The position numbers were made by a program, and so were the translations under genes. The notes under the pieces are model-generated. The model was not told the origin of the DNA. It did not search any database and worked only from the letters and a program-made list of their open reading frames with translations. From contig PS015249.1 of NCBI GenBank assembly GCA_048213135.1, positions 26,747 to 90,746 on the forward strand: a stretch of DNA of 64,000 nt, in the 5' to 3' direction. Positions within the stretch are counted from its first letter, which is position 1. Every line of letters begins with the position of its first letter. Below are positions 36,875-50,500 of the stretch, piece by piece. The DNA comes from Reclinomonas americana ATCC 50394. Lineage: Eukaryota.

Positions 36875-39800
36875 GTGTGTGTGTGTCGGTGGGTTGGTTC
36901 GTTGTTCGTTCGTCGTCGTACGTACTACTCTGTCGTCGTACGGACCGACGGACGGAGTAGGTACGGTACGAGGACGGAGGGGACGGACGNNNNNNNNNNN
37001 NNNNNNNNNNNNNNNNNNNNNNNNNNNNNNNNNNNNNNNNNNNNNNNNNNNNNNNNNNNNNNNNNNNNNNNNNNNNNNNNNNNNNNNNNNNNNNNNNNNN
37101 NNNNNNNNNNNNNNNNNNNNNNNNNNNNNNNNNNNNNNNNNNNNNNNNNNNNNNNNNNNNNNNNNNNNNNNNNNNNNNNNNNNNNNNNNNNNNNNNNNNN
37201 NNNNNNNNNNNNNNNNNNNNNNNNNNNNNNNNNNNNNNNNNNNNNNNNNNNNNNNNNNNNNNNNNNNNNNNNNNNNNNNNNNNNNNNNNNNNNNNNNNNN
37301 NNNNNNNNNNNNNNNNNNNNNNNNNNNNNNNNNNNNNNNNNNNNNNNNNNNNNNNNNNNNNNNNNNNNNNNNNNNNNNNNNNNNNNNNNNNNNNNNNNNN
37401 NNNNNNNNNNNNNNNNNNNNNNNNNNNNNNNNNNNNNNNNNNNNNNNNNNNNNNNNNNNNNNNNNNNNNNNNNNNNNNNNNNNNNNNNNNNNNNNNNNNN
37501 NNNNNNNNNNNNNNNNNNNNNNNNNNNNNNNNNNNNNNNNNNNNNNNNNNNNNNNNNNNNNNNNNNNNNNNNNNNNNNNNNNNNNNNNNNNNNNNNNNNN
37601 NNNNNNNNNNNNNNNNNNNNNNNNNNNNNNNNNNNNNNNNNNNNNNNNNNNNNNNNNNNNNNNNNNNNNNNNNNNNNNNNNNNNNNNNNNNNNNNNNNNN
37701 NNNNNNNNNNNNNNNNNNNNNNNNNNNNNNNNNNNNNNNNNNNNNNNNNNNNNNNNNNNNNNNNNNNNNNNNNNNNNNNNNNNNNNNNNNNNNNNNNNNN
37801 NNNNNNNNNNNNNNNNNNNNNNNNNNNNNNNNNNNNNNNNNNNNNNNNNNNNNNNNNNNNNNNNNNNNNNNNNNNNNNNNNNNNNNNNNNNNNNNNNNNN
37901 NNNNNNNNNNNNNNNNNNNNNNNNNNNNNNNNNNNNNNNNNNNNNNNNNNNNNNNNNNNNNNNNNNNNNGCCGTCAACTCGCTCTTGGTGACCATTGCCG
38001 CCTCGCGTGTGAGCACGGCCGCCGACGGCACCCTCGCTGTACCGTACATCCGCCTTCGGCCGTACAGCAGTCTATACTTCTTTCTTTCTTCTCTCTCTCT
38101 CTCTCTCTCTCTCTCTATGTGTGTGTGTGCGTGGGGTTGTCGTTGTTCTTCGTCCGTGACGTCCTAATTCTATTTCCGTTTATTCGTCGTTTTCTTCATC
38201 CTCCTCTCTCTCTCTCTCAGTGCGTGCGTGTGTGCTTCGTACTTATCCCTGTCCTTGCTTTCTCTCTTTCATTTTCTTTCTCTTCCCTCTCTCTCTCCCC
38301 TCCCCTCTCCTATCACCTCGCTTCGGTGTCTTTGCCCCTGCTCTCCCTCTCTTCCCTTGTCTCCCTCTCCTCCCTTCCCTTGTCTCCCTCTCCCCTTCCC
38401 TTATTCCCTTCCCCTCTACCTTCCCTTAATGTCCTCTGTGTCACCACGCAGTGCGCACGCTCCTCTCGGACTCGGTGACCGCCTCGACAGTGGCGGCCAA
38501 TCGCACCGTGATCACGCTCTCGCTGACTACGGTGTTGGCCGGCGAGGCCAGCTCGCGTTCTGTCGAAGTGGCGGACAGCAACAGTGGCACAACGCTCGCC
38601 ACGATTGGCGACTGCACGTTGAGCAGCAGCCGAGGCGTGTCGCAGACGTGCCAGTACCGCACGCCAGCCGGCTACATCGAATCGTACATTTCGCTGCAGG
38701 CGCGTGTACGCACCAGCTCGAACTTGGGCCTGTGGTCCGATGTCGGCTCCGTGTACCTCGGGCCTCGTGTCCTCAGCGCCTCGGTCGACTCGATCACGGT
38801 CGACAGCTCCAGCATTACTGCGTCGTCGTTCACACTCGTGCTCAAGGCATCGCGCGTCAGCTCCAAGAGCGATGGCGGAGCGCCGCAGTTTGTCGTCGTT
38901 GATGCGTCGTCCAACAAGAGCGTGACGCTCGATCCGAGTGTGTGTGCCTGGTCGGCGCTCACCACTTCTGCCACGTGCCGCGTGGTTGGACTGCCGGCGG
39001 ACACAAACTATGTGCTGCAGGCGCGTCTCGTATCGGATGTGACTCCCTCCGTGCCGCCTGTAGCCCAGAGCGAATTGTCAGCCACCGTTGTCAATGGTTT
39101 GCCGAGTGCGTTTCGTGATCGTCCTCCGCTGTCGCTCACTCCGCACCAATGCATTTTCGCAGCGCGTACTCTTCTCGGCGACCAAATCTCGGTGGAGGTG
39201 ACGACGCCGTACCGCACCGCACTTACGCTGTCGCTGTATGCGTCGCTTGGTGAAGAGGAGGGTGAGCAGGTGACAGCCGCGCGCACCTACGAGGTGTACA
39301 AGGTGGAGACGGAGGGTCAGAGTGGCCAGCCGTTGCCGCAACTGGCGCCGTGCCTGTGGGCGCGCTCGGAGCCGACGCAGTGCACGCTGGTGTTGGATGC
39401 GTCGGTTCTTGTAGTGTCGCTGCGTGTGCGTACCCGCACCGCCAACAACACAAGTGGCTGGTCTGGCGCCTTGAGCGTTTCTCTCGATTCGCGGCCGCTG
39501 CAGCTCGACTTGTCGGCCGCGGTGGCCTCCACTGCCGATGCTGTCGGCGTCAACTCGCTGCTCGTGGTCATTACGGCCTCGCAAGTGAGCGCAGTTGCCG
39601 ACGGCACTGCGCCGCAGTTTGTGGTGCTCGACGCCTTCGAAGGAGGCAACGTGCGCTACTCTACAGATCCGGCGGTGTGTGCTTGGTCGCCTCAGTCGAC
39701 GACAAGCACGTGCCGTGTGTTGGGACTACCTCCGGCTTCCTTGGTGCAGCTGCGAATCCGCGCAGTCTCCGATCTCGCCGAGTCACCCGTCGCGCAGAGT

Positions 39801-42800
39801 GGACTGTCGGAGGCGATTGCAGGTACGCAGCTGATATCTCTCCCTTCTCCTCCCCCACTTTGCCTCTTTCGCTCATCACCCTTCTCCTTCTCTCTTCGCA
39901 ACACGCAGCACAAACCCTGCTGGCCGACACGGTGTCACTGATTTCCGGATCGGCAAACCGCGCTCGCATTGTCCTTACGCTCATTCCTGCGCGACCCGCC
40001 AATGTCCCCGAAGTGAGCGGCCGCTTCTTCGAGGTGATGAACGACGACGGCACTGGCGCAGTGTTGCCATTCGCCGACATGTGCGCGTGGCCGAGTGGCG
40101 AGCAGGCCGCATTGTGCACTGTGGTTCTGCCTGCAAATTTCACCGCCGACAGCATTGTGCTCCGCGCTCGTGTGCGCACTGAAGGCAACCGTGGCCTCTA
40201 CTCGGCGCCATTGCTGATTGCGCCCTTGTCGCCGCGTCCGTACGACGTGGCGGTGACAGCTTCCATTGCCGTAGATGCCGATGCAGTCGCCGTCAACTCG
40301 CTCTTGGTGACCATTGCCGCCTCGCGTGTGAGCACGGCCGCCGACGGCACCGCGCCGCAGTTTGTGATCTTCAACGCCACTGCCGTCGGCACGCCGTACA
40401 CCACCGATCCGCCAGTGTGTCCGTGGTCGCGCACCTCGCAGACTACGACATGCCGCGTTCTCGGCGTTCCCGCTGGCACCGCTGTTCAGCTGCGCGCGCG
40501 CGCCGTGTCCGACACCAATCCGTCGCCGGTGGCACAGAGCGACTTGTCGCCGCTCTTCAACGGTCTGTGTCATGCCTCCCCTGCGTTTTGTGTCCATCAC
40601 TTTGTCTCGGCTCATCATCATTATTCCACTCCACGCGCGCGCGCATCTGCACAGGTCTCACAATGCTCGCCGACACGGTGGTGGTGACGTTTGGCGCGAC
40701 GACCAATCGTGCTCGTGTCTCTGTCGTTCTCACGCCGACGGCTGCCACGTATGGAGTCGATGTCGGCAATCGCTACTTTGAGGTGTTCAACAGTGGCGAC
40801 GGTCAGCTGCTGCCATTTGTCGGTGCTTGCACGTGGCCTGCCGCCAGTGGCGCATCAGCGTGCACTGTGGCGCTGCCGGCTGGTTTCTCGGCGGGCAGCG
40901 TTGCCCTCCGTGCGCGAGTGCGCACTGCCAACAATGTCGGTGTGTATTCGCCGTCGGTGGAGACCGCCCTCGACCCGCGGCCTCTCGATGTGGCGGTGTC
41001 GGGCGCGGTCACCGAGAGTGCTGTCTCCGCGTTGACGGTGGTGTTGACGGCGACTCGCGTGAGCACGAAGGGTGACGGTAGCGCGCCACAGTTTATAGTG
41101 GCCGACGCCAACAACAGCGACATTGTGTACACACTCGACCCGCCCACCTGCACCTGGTCTGCCGAGTCCGCCACGACCACGTGCCGTGTTCTTAATGTGC
41201 CATCGGCAAGCCTGTTGCAGCTGCGCGCACGAGTGATCTCCGATGCCAACTCCTCACCGCTCGCGTGGAGCGACTGGTCGGCCGCGTTTGAAGGTTCTCC
41301 TCTCGGCAAGTGTGCTTCCAATTCTGTGTCCCCTTCATCTGACACTCGTCTCGCAGGTCAAACTCTCTTGCCAGACACTGTCATGTTCACGATTGGCACC
41401 GCCAACCGCGCACGGATCGACCTGACGCTGACATCGATGAATGGAAGCCTGCGAGCCGCCGATGCAGGGAGTCGCTACTTTGAAGTTGTTGACAATGGGG
41501 CTGGCACCACGCTTCCGTTTGTCGACGCGTGCGTGTGGCCTGGCACGAGTGTACCGGTGAACTGCACCGTGGCGCTGCCGGCTGGCTTTGCGGCCGGAAG
41601 TGTGGCGCTGCGCGCTCGCGTTCACACCATCAACAACACTGGCTTGTTCTCGGCGCCTGTCGAGACGGCACTCGGACCGCGACCCTACGACATTTCACTG
41701 GTGGCCGAAGTCGCCGACTCGAGCACCGCTGTCGCTGTCGATTCGCTGCTCATCACCGTCACTGCGTCGCGTCCGAGCAGGGGCGACGACGGCACCGCAC
41801 CGCAGTTTGTGGTGGTGGACGCCAGCAACGAGCGCACTCTGCTACAGCTCAGTCCGGCTGTGTGTGCCTGGTCTCCCACCTCGTCTTCCAGCACGTGCCG
41901 CGTGCTTGGCCTGCCGCCAGGCACACAGGTGCTGCTGCGAGTGCGCGCCGTGTCTGACACGAACGCATCGCCTCTGGCGCAGAGCTCCTTGTCGGCAGTG
42001 TTTGGTGGTGCGTCTTTTTCTTTCTCTCCCCCACTCTAACTCTCTCTCTCTCTCTCACTCGCTCGCTCACCTTTCCCACCTCCACCACAGGTCAAACCAT
42101 GTTGGCCGACACGGTGGCGGTGGCGATTGGCGCTGCAAATCGCGCACAAGTGTCGCTGAGCTTGACACCAACCGTCGCCGTCTATCGCACGAATGTGGGT
42201 GCGCGGCAGTACGAGGTGGTGAACAGCGACAGCGGCAGTGTGCTGCCGTTTGTCGGCTCGTGCAACTGGGTGAGCGGCGAGCAACTCTCTTCGTCGTGCA
42301 CTGTGTCGCTGCCGGCTGGATTCGCCGCCCGCAATATTACGCTGCAGGCGCGGGTGCGCACGGCCACCAATTTTGGCGTTTTCTCTGCACCTGTCCAATC
42401 ACCGCTTGGTCCGCGACCCCTCGACGTGGCCGTCACTGCCTCCGTGTTGGCGAACAGCGCGACTGCCACCTCACTTACTGTGGTTCTGGCCGCCTCACGA
42501 GCAAGCTCTGTGGACGATGGAAGCGCTCCGCAGTTTGTCATTGCCGATGCGGAGAGCTCTTCTGCCTCGTACGCTCTTGATCCGAGCACATGTGTGTGGT
42601 CGAGCGCGATGCCAGTATCGTGCCGCATTCTCGGGCTGCCTTCCGACTCGGCGCTGCAATTCGTTTCGCGTGTCATTTCGGACAAGCTCGATCCGACGTC
42701 GCCGTTGGCCTGGAGCGCCGTCTCGTCCGTGTTCACCGGTCTGCCATCCTGCCTTCCTTTACAATGCTTTCTTGTACTCCTGTCGTTATTGACTTGTCAT

Positions 42801-45800
42801 CTCTCCCAGGCCGCACCCTGCTTGCCGACACTGTCGCTGTCAGCGTGGAATCTGCCGACCGCAGCCGCATGGTGCTGAATCTGCTGCCGTCGCTGAACCG
42901 TCAGTCACCCAAGGACACGCCGCTGGCCGCGCGGTCATTTGAGGTGCTGCCCGCCGGCGACGTTGTGCTCACCATGGACGAGCAGTGTGTGTGGGCCGGC
43001 AACGCGGTGCCCGTCACGTGCACTTTGTCGCTGCCTGCCGGTTTCACCGGTCGCACAGTGTCACTCCGTTTGCGTGTGCGCACGGAAGACAATGTCGGCG
43101 AGTGGACGCCCACCCTCTCTGTGGCTCTCGCGACGCGAGTCCTCGACGTCAATGTCGCGGGCGTGGTGGCTACCGACGGAGTCAGTGTGCACTCACTGTC
43201 GTTGACGATTATGCCGTCGCGAGTGAGCAACAGCAACGACGGCACAGCACCTCAGTTCCTGGTGGTCGACGCCGACAACACCAGTTCGCTCTTCACGCTC
43301 GACCCGCCAGTGTGCGTCTGGTCATCTTCGTCGTTGTCGACTGGCTGTCGAGTGCTCGGATTGCCGTCGGACTCGGACGTACGTCTCCGCGTGCTCGCCG
43401 TCTCGGATCACCGCGCCGACGGCACAGATCCCGTGGGCGTGAGCCCGCTGTCGTCAGTGATCACTGGTGCGTTATTGCCATTCTCCTCCTCCTTTGTCGC
43501 CCATGGAATGCCGACTTTAATTGCTCACCTTCTCTTCGTGTGTCGTCGTCTCTTCCCAGCTCGAACCCTGCTGGCCGACACTGTCTCCTTGACCGAGTTG
43601 ACGGCTGATCGCGGCTCCATTTTGCTGTCGCTGCTGGCGTCGCTGAATCTGGACGCCGTCCGTCCCGACCAACTGGCACCTCGCTCGTTCGAGGTCATTG
43701 CCAGCACGACGCGCAGCGTGCTGCCGTTTGCCGACGCGTGTGCGTGGACCGCCGATGCCGCCAGCACTTGCCGAGTGCAACTTCCCACCGGCTACACCGC
43801 CACCAGCATCACGATCGCTGCGCGCCTGCGCACCGCCAACAACATTGGCGTCTTCTCGCCGACCTTGATGTTTGCACTGGCTCCGCGCCCGCTGGACGTG
43901 ACTGTCACTGGAGGCGTGGTGGAGGGTGGCGTCACCACGGAGTCCATTCTCTTGTCGCTGACCGTGTCGCGAGTGAGCTCGGCCGCCGACGGCGCCGTAC
44001 CGCAGTTTGTCATTGCCAAGGCCGACAACACGGACGTCGCGTACACGCTAAGTCCGTTTGTGTGTGGCTGGTCTTCGACCTCGCTCACGTCGTCGTGCTT
44101 GGTGGTCGGTCTCGCTCCCGACTCGCTGTACCGCTTCCGTGTCCGCGCCGTCTCCGACCGCAACGTTGGTCTGGATCCGGTGGCCGCCGGTGCCTTTTCT
44201 GACGTGATTGTTGGCCGCACCATTCTGGCCGACACTGTCTCCCTGGCGGTTGTGACGGCCTATCGCAGCGGCATCACTGTGACACTCTCTCCGTCCACCA
44301 ATATCGAAGGAGACGTGTCGTCGGCGCGCACATTTGAGGTTTCCACCGAGTCCGGCACTGTGCTCTCGTTCATTGGTCCGTGCGCGTGGAGCGCCAGCAT
44401 GAGCAGCACGTGTGTGGTGGCGCTGCCGAGTGGCTTTGCCGACTCGTCAATCTCGATTCGCGCTCGTGTGCGGAGCAGCGTCAACGTGGGCGTGTACTCG
44501 GCCTTATCTCGCGCCTCTATCACCAGCCGACCGCTGGATGTGGTGTTGTCGGCGTCGGTGGACATGAGCTCCGTTACCGTGTCATCGTTTGTGGTGTCGG
44601 TGCTCGCCTCGCGCGTCAGCACGGTCAACGACGGCTCCGCCCCACAATTCATTTTCGTGGACGCCACCAAGACGAACACGGTGCTGGCCACTGATCCTGC
44701 CGTGTGTGTGTGGTCGCCGTCTTCCATGTCGACTTTGTGCCGCCTGGTTCAGCTACCGGCCGATGCCAGCGTGCAAGTTCGCGTGCGTGCCATTTCCGAT
44801 CCAACAGCCCTCGGCATCAGCGAGCTCTCCGACATTGTTGGCGGTTGCGTCCTTTTTTCTTCGTTCTGCCCCTTGCACCGAAAAAATGCCCGTGTCGCTG
44901 ACTGTTTCTTTACTCATGCCATCGTTGCAGCTCGCACAATGCTGCCCGACACGGTGGCAGTCAGTGTCTCGGCGGCCAGTCGCGCCTCTGTCTCAGTCGT
45001 GCTGAAACCGGCCGCCTACATTGAATCGGCGCGCGGCGAGAGTCGTGCCTACGAAGTGTTTGACACCGATCGCAGCGCGCTGTTGCCGTTTGTGGGCGAC
45101 TGCGTCTTCTTGGTGAACAAGGCCGCCAACTGCACAGTGGCGTTGCCGGCAAGCACCACAGCTCTGACGCTGACGCTGAATGCGCGAGTTCGCACTGCGA
45201 CCAATGTTGGCGTCTTGTCGGCCCCGGTCACCACCTCACTGGCACCGCGTCCGCTTGCCGTCGTACTCACCGGCGCCATTACCGCTGACACTGGCGCCAC
45301 TGCGTCGTCGTTGATGGTCACCATCACGGCTTCGCGGACCAGCACGGCCGACGACGGCAGCGTGCCGCAGTTCCTGATTGCGGGCGTCGACGACTTGCAA
45401 AAGCCGTACACCTTGGAGCCTGCCGTGTGCGCGTGGTCGGCGACCTCTTTGAACACCACGTGTAGCATTGTTTCGTTGCCGGCCGACAGCTCGCTGCAAT
45501 TCAAGATTCGCGCCGTTGCCGGATACAAGGCGGGTGCCGAGCCTGTGGCCCAGAGCGAGTGGTCGTCCGCGTTTGCAGGTTTGTGCTCATTTTTTCCCTG
45601 TGTCTCTTTTTCTCGTGTCTTACTCAAGCGCTCTCTGTTTAAATTGCAGGAAAAACCCTCTTGGCACAATCGGTGACGGCTGTATCCGTTGTCTCTGTAC
45701 GCAGCACCGGCGTCACTGTGTCGGTGACGGCAAGCGCATCCCCGAGTGCGGCTGCTGCCGCGTCGGCCGTGTTCGAGTTCATCGACTCTGCGACGTCCTT

Positions 45801-47496
45801 GGCGCTTCCGCTGACTGGAAAGTGTGCGTGGAGTGACTCGAAACCGACGACATGCCTCTTGTCCACCGTGCCGCGCAATGCCGACCTGGTCTTCCGTGCT
45901 CGCGTGCGCACGGCCAGCAATGTTGGCGCCATGTCGTCGCCAGTCACTGCGACGCAGATCCGCGACCCGAAGCCGTCAGTTGTCACTGTGGCACTGACGC
46001 TGCTTCCTGGTTCTGTGGTGGACGGCAGTTCGGCGGTGTTGCAACTGAAGGCGTCGGCGGCCCCGTCGGCGGACCTCGTGCAGCCCTATTTTGCCGTGGA
46101 CAGCAGCAATGAGAAGGTGCTGGCGTGGGTCAAACCGTGTCTGTGGACCTCGGCAGTCGCACAGACGTGCACTGTCACCGGACTGGCGTCGGACTCGCGT
46201 CTCCAGCTCCGTGCACGCGTGCAAGTCGGCGACGATGTCGATCTGCCATTGGTCGCTGGCCCCTGGAGTGCTCCGCTGGCTGGTGTGTCACTCTGTGTTT
46301 ATTCCCCGTACCTGAGTTTCTTGTTGCTCACACTATTCAAACAGTTCGCACGCTGATCGATGTGAGCGTGACGTTGAGTCTCGGCTCGTCGTCGCTGAGT
46401 TCGCTGACGATCTCGGTGTTGGCGAGTGCCGGGCCCTCTGGTGCTGGACCGTACTCTGTCGAAGTGGTCGACACGTCGACCAACACGGTGTTGGCGTTCC
46501 CGAACGGGTGCGACTGGACCAAGACGGCCACCGACTGCACGCTGCCGTTCCTTCGACCGGCCGTGACCATGCTTTTGCGTGCTCGTGTGCGCAACAATGG
46601 AAACGTGGGTCCGTTTAGTGTGGCGCTCCCTGTTTCCACCCAGTTGCGACCGCTGCAGCTGCAAATCAATGGCGGTGCGTGTCCTCGCCCCCTCCTCTTC
46701 ACCAGTTGCGGGCGCAGCCGCAGAATTTCCTGACTCGTGTTTTTGAACAGGCGACGGCGTGATTGCCCTGACAGACGACTCGCGTCTCACTGCCGTGGTG
46801 GCCGATCCCGAAGCCTCCTCACGTCTCGTGGCAGTTGCGTGGGAGGTGGAGCTCATCCATAGATTGCTCTTCCCCTCTCTTACACATTGTGTGCATGCGT
46901 TCAGTCGCTAACGCCGACATTTGTGTGGACTTGCACGGCCGTCACTGGCATGTGCCCGGACGCCCTGTTCTCGGCCGCGACTACGAGTACGCTGACGCTG
47001 GCTGCCGGCTCGCTGCCGGTGGGTTCGTACACAATTTCGTGCACAGCGACCAAGGGCACGCGATCGGCCACGGCCACATCGCTGCTCAGTGTCAGCCGAT
47101 CGGCCTCTATCAAGTTCTCAGTGGTTCGTCACCAGCAATCAGTCGGTGCTTTCTATTTGTCATGTGTAGCGCGCAATCAATAACACGCTTGGTGTCGTCG
47201 ATGCAGATTGCACGTCCCCCGGCCGATGCACCATGGAATGTAAAGCTCGACGCTGGCGCTTCGTTTGCCGTGTCGGCAGTGGTGTCGTCGGGGCCCGCGC
47301 GATTTGCGTGGTCGGTGGCCGACGCGAACGGCGATGCGATTGATGTCAGCGACGCCGAGCGCTTCACCATTATCCCGTCGATTGCCGACACACAGCCGCC
47401 GTCGATTCGTGTTCTTCCGAATGCGCTGGGTGGTGATACGTTCTACGTGTTTTCACTGTCGGTCACGCCGACCGCCGCTGGTGTGGCTCCAGGTGA

Positions 47497-47539
<43 letters not shown>

Positions 47540-50500
47540 GAGAGAGGAGGGAGGGGGTAGGGGAAGGAGGAGGAGGAGAGAAGAAGGAGGAGGGAGGGGG
47601 GTAGGGGAGGAGGGAGAGAGAGAAGCGAGAGAGTGACATTGTTCCTGCTTCTCCTATTTTATTGTTTACCATCCCGTCACTCCATCGTTGCAGTCGTGGC
47701 CACCACGCGCGTGGTCACCAATGGACCGCCGACCGTGGGAAGGATCACGGTGACTCCCGCCACTGGCGAGGCTCTCACCACGCCGTTTACGCTGGAGGCA
47801 ACCGACTTTAAGGATACTGACCTGCCGCTGGCCTACACCTTCTTCTACATTGACCCGGTCACCTCGGCGCGCATTGTTATTAGCAGCTCGCCGAATCCGT
47901 CGCTGCCGTTGCAGCAGTTGCCTGCGGGCGACGTCAATGATGGAAAGCTGGTGGTCGGCGTTTCTGTGCGCGATGCCTATCTGGCCGAGTTGCGTTTCCA
48001 TGTGTGGACAACCCGTTGGCACACGCTGTGTCACTCACTCACCACATGGTGCAGGTCGAGTACCACCACGGTTGTGCGTGTGACGCCTTTGGCCGGCGGT
48101 TCGATGACCGCCTCGCTGGAGCGCTTCAACAAGAACCTCGGCGGCAGCTTGATTGCCGACGGCACTGTGCTGTTGCGTCACTTCTTCAATTATATCGAAC
48201 CGCGCGATGCTGTGTCTCACTTGCTTCTGCTTTACAGCGATGCCGACAAGGCTGCGAGCATTGTCGGCAAGTATCAGCTTTCGTTGTCACTCGTCTCGTC
48301 TTCGGAGTTGGCGGACACCTTTTTCGGGCAGCAAAATGGTGAGAGACATAATGTGAGTCGATGTGCTTGTGTATGTGGACTCAACGGTGTGCATTGTGAC
48401 GGACGCAGCCACATCGGAGGCCGCTCGTCTGGGTCTTGTTCAGATGGGAGCCGACTTGCGCACCATTGCAGGCAGTGGGGTGGACCTGGCAAACTCGCCA
48501 GACCTCGTGTCGTCCATGATGCATGCCTGCAACATCGCCGCAGAGTTGCGTCAGGGACAGAGAGTGAGAAGTGTAGGAAGAGGGCCATGTGCTGAATTGT
48601 CCACATGTACAGGAACACGTCTCGTATGCTGGCGTCCTCGGCCGCCACCTCCGTTCTCGCTTTGTCGGGCCACGTGGTTGAAGTCGCCGCGACGCTGGCC
48701 GAGAATAGCTCCTCGTTCGACGACGACTCCATGTCGGTGCGTCTAGTGATACCTCTCTGCGTGCCTGTCCTGTTGCTGACTTGCGTGCAATAGCGCATGA
48801 TGAATATGGTCGACTCAATGCTCGTGCACTCGTCGACTGCGACCACCATGATGGGCGATCAGTCGTCCCTGGCAACGCTTGTGGCTCGTGGTGCCGAAGC
48901 GGTTTCCAGCACATTGTTGCAGTCGACGCTGCAAAAGGTGCCGGGTGAAGAAGCCATGCAGTTCTCAGGCACGGCCATCCAGTCGGGTGTGTCGTCACAT
49001 CTCGTGGCGGGCGCCGACACGCCAGGCGTGCAGGTTCACTTTTTTGTCAGCGCATCGAGTATCCGTTTGCCTGCTTCGCTTGACTGACACAATTGTGTGT
49101 TGCGCAGCTGGGCACCGCAAGCACCGGCAGTCTCTTGTCGGCCACCTCGTCAGAGAACATGACCACTGGTACACCGTTCATTCTCCCGCCGAGTTACGCT
49201 CAACTGGCGTCGGATGGAACGCGCACCGGTGCTTTTGTGTCACTGGAGTATGCGAGAGGTATGCACGGCGGGGCAATGGAAGTTCCTTCATGGCTCATGA
49301 ACTGAATGTGGTGCGCCGTTGCAGGTTACAATCCGTACGCGGGGCAAATGTCGGAAAACGGATCCGGGGCTCGATTGGCCTCGTCCATTCAGTCGTTCTC
49401 CATCTACGACCCCGACGGCAACTTGGTGCCGGTGGAGAATCAGACCGACAAGCACATTTTTGAGATTTTGAGTATCGACAGTGCCCTGTTCGCCGACCGC
49501 CAGCATGTGTTGGTTCGTTTTTTTATAGGTCCCTGAAGATTCAATCACTTGCTTCTTGCTCATCGTCGTCACGCAGCAACAAGCACTGGAGTACGCTTCC
49601 AACTGCGGCACGCGTAAGACGCGCCGAATCGGTGCTCGCGTCTACCCTGACACACGCTACGTGAGCGTCACGAACGTGTGCCCGCACTCGACCAATGGTG
49701 CGTTAGGGGTCCATTGCTCTTCATTTAGCTACCTCTGTCTGCTCACGAGTGTGACGGGGCTGCAGAGACGACAAACCCGCCCTCGTTCGACCTGTGCAAG
49801 TTCTGGGCACCGACCGATGGGGAGTGGTCGGCCGACGGGTGCGACACGCTGCTGAAAGTGCGCGGAGGATCTCGCGATGTTATCGGCGTCGGGTGCGCCT
49901 GCAACCATTTTACGGATTTCAGCATCGACTTTGAGAATGCCTTTGCGGTGCAATTTTTGATTGTCGAGTTGCGTGGCTGACTTGTTGCCAGGCACCACTC
50001 CCATTCCGCTGTTCACGCTGTTGCATCGCGTAGCCCAACGGACTTGAGTCTGGTGCTGGAGAGCGGTGTGCTGGAGAGCTGGATCTTTGCGTGCATCCTT
50101 CTCATCAACATTATCTATGTGGTGCTGTGGATCGTCATGTACCGTGTGGATAACGTTGCGTGCTTCCTGCGCGTGTGCTTGGCACCATCTCACGTCTCTT
50201 GCTAACGAAAATTTTCCTCGTTGAGCGCAGCAAGAGGATGAGACGCTGATTCGCAAATTCTTTGTCAAGAAGCTGTACGCACTGGAGACCGTTCGTGTGG
50301 TGCGTGGCGCTCAAGTCTTCGTCACTCCTACGCATCGGCTCGTGTCTGAAGGAAACTTTTGATTGCTGTGCGCAGCGGAGTAACGCATTGCCCAAGTACC
50401 GCGGCATGTTTGCGTTCTCGCAGCTGGTATCGCAGCTGATGAAATCCAAGAGCCGACCGGCAAGCGCGAATCCAAGCGAGCGTGAGCTGGACGAGTTGCC

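Noticed and set aside
37970-38032. About 60 bp identical to 40289-40351 (repeat unit 4), suggesting an extra repeat exon hidden in the gap
   Set aside because: It is an exact match abutting an N gap and is followed by low-quality sequence, while the true units differ at many synonymous sites. This is more likely misassembly, although an extra unit in the gap cannot be excluded without long reads.
38600-46700. Many long antisense ORFs over the repeat array, and ORFs running through N gaps or (GA/CT)n tracts elsewhere
   Set aside because: These are shadows of GC-rich codon usage on the coding strand, or artefacts of gaps and microsatellites.
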